From positions 159,119 to 223,118 of the forward strand of contig CALCBD010000018.1 in the NCBI GenBank assembly GCA_937897985.1: 64,000 bases of DNA. The letters are read 5' to 3'. The stretch is from an uncultured Paludibacter sp. (GTDB lineage Bacteria; Bacteroidota; Bacteroidia; Bacteroidales; Paludibacteraceae). The position numbers were made by a program, and so were the translations under genes. Position 1 is the first letter of the stretch. The number at the start of each line of letters is the position of its first letter. Positions 57,116 through 64,000 of the stretch are shown here, one piece after another. The notes beneath the pieces are model-generated. The model worked only from the letters and a program-made list of their open reading frames with translations, was not told the origin of the DNA and ran no database searches.

Positions 57116-58204
57116 ATGAAGATAAACATAAAAACAGCGCTTGTCGCAACAATGATTTCCACTTCGCTGTTTGCATTTTCGTGCAAACAGGAGGAATTGC
57201 CACCTATACCAACTCCCGATACCACACCCACAGTGAGCGATACCAACGGTCTACGCGATGTTTCACCATTCCCGTTCGGGGCAGCTGTCAATGTATCCAC
57301 TCTCAAATCGAACACTGCTTATAGTAATGTTGTCGCTCGCGAATTCAACAGCCTGACTGCCGAAAATGCAATGAAGATGAAAGCAATTAGTCTTGGACGT
57401 GGAAAATATTTCTGGGACGATGCCGATTACCTGATTGGTTACGCTACTAAAAATAAAATGCGTGTCCATGGTCATGCACTGATCTGGTACAAATCCACAC
57501 CATCATGGATTGAAAATTTTTCGGGGACAAAAGATGACTGGAAAGCCATCATGCACGAATATATTCTGGCTGTTGTAGGCCGGTACAAAGGTAAAATTCA
57601 GTCGTGGGACGTGTTGAACGAAGCAATTCTTGATAACGGAACCCTTCGCGATTGTGTATGGTTGCAAAATATCGGCAGTGAATACATCGACCTTTGTTTC
57701 ATTTATGCTCACGAAGCCGACCCCGATGCACTATTGTTTTACAACGATTATGGTCACGAATACAGTTCGGTAAAACGTACAGCCATCAACAACCTGATAG
57801 CAGAACTCAAAAGCCGGAATGTGCCAATTCATGGTATTGGCCTTCAGATGCACACCAGCATAACCCGCTCCAATACCGATATTCAGACAGCTGTAAAAAC
57901 GGCTGCAGCGACCGGATTGAAGGTACATATTTCTGAATTTGATATTCGCTGCAATCCTTCGGCCATACAAACACTTACTTATACCGATGCTCTGGCCGCT
58001 GCTCAAAAGGAAAAATATCAGGTGGCTGTAAAAGCATTCTTCGACCTGCCGGCAGCTCAACGTTATGGTTTTAGTTTTTGGGGAGTCTATGATTCTCAAT
58101 CGTGGATTCCGGCTGAATACGGTGCTCCTGACTGGCCTTTGCCTTTCGACAGCGGTTTTAAACGAAAGGCAGCCTACGATGGCATCCTGGCAGGACTAAA
58201 ATAA
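57116..58204 (+). CDS. GH10 endo-beta-1,4-xylanase-family lipoprotein
   Basis: Lipobox from Met 57116 (MKINIKTALVATMISTSLFAFSC; the ORF-track start 57074 precedes the promoter box). HGHALIWY, WDVLNEA (acid/base), VHISEFDI (nucleophile). Confidence 0.9.
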   Translation: MKINIKTALVATMISTSLFAFSCKQEELPPIPTPDTTPTVSDTNGLRDVSPFPFGAAVNVSTLKSNTAYSNVVAREFNSLTAENAMKMKAISLGRGKYFWDDADYLIGYATKNKMRVHGHALIWYKSTPSWIENFSGTKDDWKAIMHEYILAVVGRYKGKIQSWDVLNEAILDNGTLRDCVWLQNIGSEYIDLCFIYAHEADPDALLFYNDYGHEYSSVKRTAINNLIAELKSRNVPIHGIGLQMHTSITRSNTDIQTAVKTAAATGLKVHISEFDIRCNPSAIQTLTYTDALAAAQKEKYQVAVKAFFDLPAAQRYGFSFWGVYDSQSWIPAEYGAPDWPLPFDSGFKRKAAYDGILAGLK

Positions 58205-58240
58205 TTTAAAATTTATTCATTTACAATTTACCATTTAAAT

Positions 58241-59668
58241 ATGCAATCGAGATTTTTGTTGCTTCCTCTCTTTTTGTTTTTGTTCAGTGTCATTTCCGCT
58301 AAAGATAAGTTGTCGACAATATCTGTAGAGGCCCGTCAGAATGCAAAAGCTACTGAATGGAAAACCTATCAGGCTCAGACCGTTGACCGCATTCCTGGTT
58401 TTAAATCAAAAAAAGAACCCGGACTCAATCAATACGGTAGCTGGATGGCCGACAGGCAAATTGCAACCGGTTTCTTCCGTACACAACTCATCAACAACCG
58501 CTGGTGGATCATCGACCCCGAAGGTTATCCGTATTACTGCAAAGGGTTGGCTGTGTACAGAGCAGGAGCTTCGGATCTGCAGGTTCAGAAAATGAAGGAA
58601 TTGTTCGGAACTGATTCTGTATGGGCAATAAAACAAACTGCCATGATTAACTCGTGGGGATTTAATGGTACAGGTGCATGGTCGGATGTGAATCTGATTC
58701 GGAGGATGCAACATCCGATTCCTTATACAGTGATTGTTAACCCGATGGGCGATTACAAGTTGGTGCACCGTGCTAAATTTGGCGGTAAATATAAAATAAC
58801 CGACTGGCAGGGTTATCGTTTTGATCTGGCCATGGTTTTCGATCCCGAATTTGACATTTTTGTTGAAAAAGCAATGAAAGATATCGTGAAATACAAAAAT
58901 GACAAGTACCTGCTGGGTTATTTTACCGATAATGAACTGCCCTGGAAAAATGATGCACTTGACCGTCATTTAAATCTGCTCGCCAAAGATGAACATGCAT
59001 ATCTGGTGGTAAAAAAATGGTTGGATGAACGAAAGGGGAAACCTTCGACGGCTGCCGATATTACTCAGGAAGACCGCATGGCTTTTACTGCTTTTTATTT
59101 TGAAACTTACATGAAAAAAGTTACTTCTGCTTTACGTAAAGCCGATCCGAATCATCTTTATCTGGGTTGTCGTTTCAATCAGGACAAGGAACAGGAATTG
59201 ACCAACCCCGAAATCTTCAGGGTTGCCGGAAAATACATGGATGTGATTTCGGTAAATCACTATCGTAAATGGCAACCGGTTGCCGAACAACTCAACAACT
59301 GGGGCGAATGGTCGGGAAAACCATTTATTATCACCGAGTGGTACACTAAAGGCGAGGATTCAGGACTTCCAAACAACACAGGTGCCGGCTGGAACGTTCG
59401 TACCCAGCTCGACCGTGGATATTTCTACGAAAACTTTACAATAGAATTGCTTAAAAGCAAATATTGTGTGGGCTGGCATTGGTTTACCTATCAGGACAAC
59501 GACCCGCTCAATCTGAAAACCGACGAATCGAACCGTGACTCTAATAAAGGTATCGTCGATTCGCAATTCAACGAATACAAACCCCTGCTCGAACGTGCTA
59601 AAATGGTGAATACCAATGTGTGGAATCTGATTCATTTTTTTGATAAAAATCCGGTTCTCAAACACTAA
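58241..59668 (+). CDS. Exported TIM-barrel glycoside-hydrolase-like protein, family not assignable by eye (clan GH-A-like)
   Basis: Signal peptide. WWIIDPEGYPYYCKG. Candidate acid/base YFTDNELPW and nucleophile PFIITEWY about 130 residues apart, as in clan GH-A. Follows GH10 after a 36-bp gap. Confidence 0.45.
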   Translation: MQSRFLLLPLFLFLFSVISAKDKLSTISVEARQNAKATEWKTYQAQTVDRIPGFKSKKEPGLNQYGSWMADRQIATGFFRTQLINNRWWIIDPEGYPYYCKGLAVYRAGASDLQVQKMKELFGTDSVWAIKQTAMINSWGFNGTGAWSDVNLIRRMQHPIPYTVIVNPMGDYKLVHRAKFGGKYKITDWQGYRFDLAMVFDPEFDIFVEKAMKDIVKYKNDKYLLGYFTDNELPWKNDALDRHLNLLAKDEHAYLVVKKWLDERKGKPSTAADITQEDRMAFTAFYFETYMKKVTSALRKADPNHLYLGCRFNQDKEQELTNPEIFRVAGKYMDVISVNHYRKWQPVAEQLNNWGEWSGKPFIITEWYTKGEDSGLPNNTGAGWNVRTQLDRGYFYENFTIELLKSKYCVGWHWFTYQDNDPLNLKTDESNRDSNKGIVDSQFNEYKPLLERAKMVNTNVWNLIHFFDKNPVLKH

Positions 59669-59696
59669 AGGTGAATGCCGGCGAATGTAATTAAGT

Positions 59697-59736
59697 TTCT
59701 GGACGATTTTATAGAAATTCTGGAAGAATTCAAAAG
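59697..59736 (+). promoter_or_regulatory. Direct-repeat operator (TCTGGACGA-N12-TCTGGAAGA), copy 2, upstream of the giant T9SS protein
   Basis: Repeats at 59698 and 59719 (21-bp period). The second repeat is 39 nt upstream of the -7 box at 59758. 34/40 identical to 57008..57047. Confidence 0.6.
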
Positions 59737-59757
59737 CGCATAAAACAGATGACAGTC

Positions 59758-59765
59758 TATTTTTG
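59758..59765 (+). promoter_or_regulatory. Putative -7 promoter box (TATTTTTG) of the giant T9SS protein gene
   Basis: Exact TAnnTTTG 60 nt upstream of ATG 59825. Confidence 0.45.
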
Positions 59766-59824
59766 CAGCGGTAATTTTTTACTGAAAATTAAATCAGGAA
59801 TCACAAATCTAATATTTTTTTGAA

Positions 59825-62800
59825 ATGAAGAAATCTACTTTTAATGCTACAAAAAACTTTTTTTCAGTATTGTTTGTGCTCACATTACTTGCAACAGGCA
59901 ATATTTATGGTACAGCCATCAGCTGGACAGGAACAGCCGGAGACGGCCTGTGGTCAACTGCAGGAAACTGGTCGGGCAATGCAGTTCCGGGTGCAACTGA
60001 TGATGTGACGATTGGAAATGGTTTTTCGGTAACTGTAAACGGAATTGCAACCAAAATTAACAGTATAGTGGTAAGCGGTACGGTTACCGTTTCGAACGGA
60101 GCGGTTTTACCCGTCGAACAAACTACATCCGTTAATCCGATTGTCAATATCACCGGGGGTGAAATTATTAATAACGGAACTTTTAACATTGCTTTACCAA
60201 CGGCTTCAAGCGGTAACAGCGCCATTTATTTTTCAAACGGAACACAATTGCCGGTAACAAATTCCCGCTTTACAAACGGCGGTACATTGAATATTGATTT
60301 GAAAAGTTCAACCGGACACAGCAATGCAAGCCGGGTGATTTATTTTAATCAGACCACTGCCAATACCAAAGCACAATTCAACTTAGGCGGAACTGTCAAT
60401 TTGCTGAATTTCACGGCACAGGCAAGATTCCTGGAATTAAACGCCGGAGCTGTCGAAATTGACGGCACCCAGACTTTTGGTACTTCGGGAACTCCGGTAA
60501 ATATGCGGTTCATACATTCAGGCTATTCAGGAACACTGACATTTTTGCCAACAGCCAACATTACCATCAATTCAAATTTTTCGAATGCTAATGGTATTCT
60601 CAATATGTCGAATACAGGTATTGCCTCTGTCATAAATAAAGGTACAATCACTCTGCATGCTTTCACTGTATCCGGTTCGGCTATTAATATTCAGCCACAA
60701 ACGTCCGGAACTTCTTTTTTTACCAACGAAGGTACTATTACTGCCGATGGAAGCTGGGCTACCGGTGCTTTGTACATGAACGGGAATAACGCAGCCTGTA
60801 CAGCAACACTCGAAAATAAAAGTGCTGCAGTTCTTTCTCTTACAAATTCAAACTCAGGCGATCCGGGCGGTTCTGCAATCAGGGCATCAATTACTCCGAC
60901 TAATAATATTGTTAATTACGGAACAATAACACTGTCGGTAAATGCGGCAACCAGAGCCATGTATCTGGGTGATAACAGTACTGAATTTAAAAATTTCGGA
61001 ACGCTTACCACCAACAATGCAATTACCGGAAATGATGCAACAAACGCCGGCGTATTCAATAATTACGCTGAGGGTGTAGTTAATTTTAATCTTTCAGGCG
61101 ATATGTCGGTGGCTGTCAGCAGCAACAAAAAAATTATTTTCAATAATTACGGAACCATTACAGGAAAAGGAGTCCTGGCAAGTGGGATGTTTAAAAGCTT
61201 AACAGGTACAATCAACCCGGGCATCGGAACTGGAACCGGTATATTCAGGATTTACGACACATCCTATACACTTACCGGAAAATGTATCATGAAGATAAAT
61301 GGAACCGCAACCCCGGGAACTGATTATGATCAGATTATATTCGGATATTCTCCTACAGGAAATTTTACCATCGATCCGGCTGCAACTCTCGAAGTTACAA
61401 CCGGTGGCAGTTATGTGCCTGCTCATTTGGATGTAATTCCGCTTTTTACCGGTTATACTTCGCGTACAAACGAATTTACACCGGCTAACATCACTAAACC
61501 AGCCAACTGGACTACGGATTATACTACTGCTACAGCAGGTTTAAAATACCTTGCACCTTCTGTATCCGTTACTTCGGATATGAATACCACTTCGTTGGGC
61601 GATCTGTCGAACAGTGATATAACAATAGCTGCCGGAAATAATTTAACGATTGACGGTACAACTGCTGCAAAATCCATCACAGCTGCTCCGGGAGCAAAAA
61701 TCACCATGAGTTCAAACTACTCATTATCAACGACGAATGGCATTACTCTGCAAAGTGATGAAACCGGTACTGCAACTCTGGTTGATAATAACACTACCGA
61801 TCCGCAAACTGTAAATGCTACCGTAAAACAATATGTTACTGAGGGTCGTAACTGGTATATGTCAATTCCTTTGGCAGGTGTTCCGGCTTCTGCACTGAAC
61901 AAAGGCACCTCGGTGGTTATGTATGATGAACCAAGTGGAAACTGGATTGCACCGGCACTGAATACACTTGATAAAATGCGCGGGTATATTCAGACAGCAA
62001 CTGCAGCTCCGTTAACAGGCACTACAGGAACAGTCGAATTTTCAGGGATTTTAAATACCGGAGCGCAGTCCATCGAACTTACGCGTACTGCAGGTAAAAC
62101 CGGTTTCAATCTCGTGGGAAATCCTTATCCTTCTTATCTTGACTGGAATATGGTTTCAAAAACCAACGTTTCGAACACGATGTGGTACCGTACAAAAGAA
62201 GGCTCGGTTTATAAATTTTACACTTATATAGCCAACGAAGGTGCAGGTATCGGAGTCCCTGCCAACGTAACCAATTTTATTCCGCCGATGCAGGCTTTCT
62301 GGGTTAGGGTACAAAATGAAGGTTCAGGAAGTATTGCAGTTAATAATAATATGCGTTCGCACAAAGATGTAAGCGGAAATATTTTGAGAGTGAGTAAACA
62401 GGAAAGTCAGCAGTTAGTTCGATTACAGGTATCCAACGATGTAAACAACGATGAAGCTGTAATATATTTCAATTCAAATGCAGCCGATAGTTTTGATCGT
62501 TATGATGCACAAAAACGAAGCAACGAAAATCCGGCAATTCCTGAGATTTTCACACAGGCAGGTAATGAAAAATTAGTAATCAACGGCATGAATGGAATCA
62601 GTTACAACACAGAAATACCGTTGGGATTTACAACAGGTGTTGCAGGCGATTTCACACTTAAAGTAAAAGAACTGAACAATTTCGGAGCGGGAACACGCAT
62701 CGTTTTGAAAGATAAACAAAAACCCGAATCGGAATTTGATTTGACCGTAGGAATTTCCTATCAGTTCAGTTCACCAGCTGTTGCTTCCTCAACAGATCGA

Positions 62801-63064
62801 TTTAGTCTGATTTTCAGAGCACCCGGATCTGTCACCAAGTATGAAAAAACGGAATTTCAAAACATACAGGTGTACTTAAATGCTGCAAATCAAATTTCAA
62901 TCATTGCGCCCGAAAAGAGTAATTATGCTGTTTACAATGGGGTGGGACAGTTAATTGAAAAAGGCATTTTGAATTCAGAATTCATATTTCTCAATTCAAA
63001 ATTAAATGCAGGCGTTTATCTTGTGAAAGTAAATAATGTGACTAATAAATTGATTATTAAATAG
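59825..63064 (+). CDS. Giant T9SS-sorted beta-helical adhesin-like protein
   Basis: 1079 aa with a signal peptide. N-terminus ISWTGTAGDGLWSTAGNWSGNAVPGATDDVTIGNG, followed by T/N/G-rich repeats. CTD ...NAGVYLVKVNNVTNKLIIK. Confidence 0.75.
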   Translation: MKKSTFNATKNFFSVLFVLTLLATGNIYGTAISWTGTAGDGLWSTAGNWSGNAVPGATDDVTIGNGFSVTVNGIATKINSIVVSGTVTVSNGAVLPVEQTTSVNPIVNITGGEIINNGTFNIALPTASSGNSAIYFSNGTQLPVTNSRFTNGGTLNIDLKSSTGHSNASRVIYFNQTTANTKAQFNLGGTVNLLNFTAQARFLELNAGAVEIDGTQTFGTSGTPVNMRFIHSGYSGTLTFLPTANITINSNFSNANGILNMSNTGIASVINKGTITLHAFTVSGSAINIQPQTSGTSFFTNEGTITADGSWATGALYMNGNNAACTATLENKSAAVLSLTNSNSGDPGGSAIRASITPTNNIVNYGTITLSVNAATRAMYLGDNSTEFKNFGTLTTNNAITGNDATNAGVFNNYAEGVVNFNLSGDMSVAVSSNKKIIFNNYGTITGKGVLASGMFKSLTGTINPGIGTGTGIFRIYDTSYTLTGKCIMKINGTATPGTDYDQIIFGYSPTGNFTIDPAATLEVTTGGSYVPAHLDVIPLFTGYTSRTNEFTPANITKPANWTTDYTTATAGLKYLAPSVSVTSDMNTTSLGDLSNSDITIAAGNNLTIDGTTAAKSITAAPGAKITMSSNYSLSTTNGITLQSDETGTATLVDNNTTDPQTVNATVKQYVTEGRNWYMSIPLAGVPASALNKGTSVVMYDEPSGNWIAPALNTLDKMRGYIQTATAAPLTGTTGTVEFSGILNTGAQSIELTRTAGKTGFNLVGNPYPSYLDWNMVSKTNVSNTMWYRTKEGSVYKFYTYIANEGAGIGVPANVTNFIPPMQAFWVRVQNEGSGSIAVNNNMRSHKDVSGNILRVSKQESQQLVRLQVSNDVNNDEAVIYFNSNAADSFDRYDAQKRSNENPAIPEIFTQAGNEKLVINGMNGISYNTEIPLGFTTGVAGDFTLKVKELNNFGAGTRIVLKDKQKPESEFDLTVGISYQFSSPAVASSTDRFSLIFRAPGSVTKYEKTEFQNIQVYLNAANQISIIAPEKSNYAVYNGVGQLIEKGILNSEFIFLNSKLNAGVYLVKVNNVTNKLIIK

Positions 63065-63142
63065 AAGTTAAGGAAGTTAGGGAAGTTAGGGAAGTTAGGG
63101 AAGTTAGGGAAGTTAGGGAAGTTAGGGAAGCTAAGGAAGTTA
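63065..63142. repeat. 9-bp tandem repeat (AAGTTAGGG), about 8.7 copies
   Basis: Starts directly after the stop codon of the 59825 gene. Six perfect AAGTTAGGG units (63074..63127) are flanked by the variants AAGTTAAGG and AAGCTAAGG. Confidence 0.97.
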
Positions 63143-63147
63143 TATCT

Positions 63148-63180
63148 GCTACCCGCTACCCGCTACCCGCTACCCGCTAC
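63148..63180. repeat. 7-bp tandem repeat (GCTACCC), about 4.7 copies
   Basis: GCTACCC x4 plus GCTAC, ending 14 nt upstream of the ATG at 63195. Confidence 0.97.
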
Positions 63181-63194
63181 AAAAAAATACACTC

Positions 63195-63359
63195 ATGGAA
63201 AAGAAAATATATAAAATGCCTCAGATAGAGCTTATTGCTTTAGATAATGATATTGCGCTGATACTTGAATCGAATCCGCCTGCTGGTCCGGATGAAACAC
63301 TGAATAATTCAGTTCCGGATTTTTTTCAGAATAATCATTTAAATAATTCACTGGTTTAA
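63195..63359 (+). CDS. Small hypothetical protein (54 aa), below the ORF-track cutoff
   Basis: My translation: MEKKIYKMPQIELIALDNDIALILESNPPAGPDETLNNSVPDFFQNNHLNNSLV*. It fills most of the gap between two paralogous giant genes and has no signal peptide. Coding status is unproven. Confidence 0.35.
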   Translation: MEKKIYKMPQIELIALDNDIALILESNPPAGPDETLNNSVPDFFQNNHLNNSLV

Positions 63360-63398
63360 AATTTAAAAATCAATATTCACTTTTATAAAATTTGTATT

Positions 63399-64000
63399 AT
63401 GAAATCAAAAATTACTTTTGTAGCGCTATTAATCAGCGCATTATGCTTCACTGCCAACGCTCAGGTTGCAACATGGACAGGTCCCGATGCCGGTGACTGG
63501 TCAACTGCAGCCAACTGGTCAACAGCATCAACACCGTTGTTGGCGGATAGTGTGTCCATACCTGCCGGGAAAACAGTAACCATTTCCGAGAATGCCGGTA
63601 CAATAAATCGTTTGTCAGTTTCAGGAAAATTAATTCTTACCGCTGCCGGTGTTTTAGTAGTCGATCAGGCTGTTTCGCCTAATGTTTCGCCAATTGTAAC
63701 ACTGGCTGGTGGTGAGATTCAGAACAATGGCTCATTCACTGTGAAAAATTCGGTGGCAACTGCTTCAAATACAGTATTGCAGTTTGCCGAAAATGCTGAA
63801 CGCGATAATTTATTTACGACCAGTGGTACATTTACACTCGATAATACCATTGGCGCTTATGCTTCAACAACCGGCAGAGGTATCGGTTTAAATATGGTTA
63901 CGCCGGGACGTGTTTCTACCTTTAAGATGGGCGGAACAATGAATATCAACATTAAAACCGGTTGCTGCTTTATTGAAACCAACGGAGGCGGAAATCTCAC
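63399..64000 (+). CDS. Second giant T9SS adhesin-like protein, N-terminal 200 codons (continues beyond the window end)
   Basis: My translation: MKSKITFVALLISALCFTANAQVATWTGPDAGDWSTAANWSTASTPLLADSVSIPAGKTVTISENAGTINRLSVSGKLILTAAGVLVVDQAVSPNVSPIVTLAGGEIQNNGSF... It is collinear with the N-terminus of 59825..63064. Open to position 64000. Confidence 0.7.
   Translation, partial: MKSKITFVALLISALCFTANAQVATWTGPDAGDWSTAANWSTASTPLLADSVSIPAGKTVTISENAGTINRLSVSGKLILTAAGVLVVDQAVSPNVSPIVTLAGGEIQNNGSFTVKNSVATASNTVLQFAENAERDNLFTTSGTFTLDNTIGAYASTTGRGIGLNMVTPGRVSTFKMGGTMNINIKTGCCFIETNGGGNL

Noticed and set aside
56965-57315. 116-aa minus-strand ORF overlapping the GH10 promoter and start
   Set aside because: It covers the conserved operator, the -7 box and the GH10 signal-peptide codons. 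It has no family signature, so the plus-strand interpretation is far better supported.
63065-63180. CRISPR array or telomere-like repeat (each unit contains TTAGGG)
   Set aside because: The units are 9 and 7 bp, directly abutting and without spacers, so this is not a CRISPR array. The TTAGGG match is embedded in a longer unit in an internal chromosomal context, so I regard it as coincidental.

Overview
The window looks like a low-GC Bacteroidota chromosome segment. This is inferred from TAnnTTTG-type promoters, SusC/SusD pairs, a hybrid two-component regulator, gldG and many T9SS C-terminal sorting domains. It has three parts. (1) 1-17.5 kb is a conserved housekeeping block: gldG (partial), cotH-like, parA-parB-DUF5683-mltD, ybeY, uppS-bamA-skp-skp on the plus strand, then lrp/asnC, rsgA, an Omp85-like barrel, frr and pyrH on the minus strand. 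(2) 17.8-26.9 kb is a four-gene minus-strand operon of exported proteins. It encodes a PD40 propeller, a giant Amidase_3 fusion, a beta-helix protein with CBM20-like modules, and GHL10. Three of the four carry T9SS CTDs. A perfect LacI/PurR-type palindrome overlaps the operon's -33 promoter element. (3) 27.4-64 kb is a large polysaccharide-utilisation region. It holds two tandem susC/susD pairs, T9SS-anchored binding proteins, two GH128-like paralogs, GH16, GH29, a secreted FAD flavoprotein, two Ser-type sulfatases, an HTCS regulator, GH10, an unassigned clan GH-A-like hydrolase, and two tandem giant T9SS adhesin-like paralogs. The most interesting non-coding signals are as follows. A 40-nt direct-repeat operator is conserved (34/40) in front of two promoters next to the HTCS. 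A TTGA motif sits at a fixed position in four other PUL promoters. A nested inverted-repeat element encloses an antisense promoter box and looks like an inverton. A dispersed family of structured elements is rich in CGCAAA. Two adjacent microsatellites have G-quadruplex potential on opposite strands, just upstream of a 54-codon ORF. I recognised no rRNA, tRNA, CRISPR array, transposase or integrase. All family assignments come from motifs read by eye and were not checked against any database.
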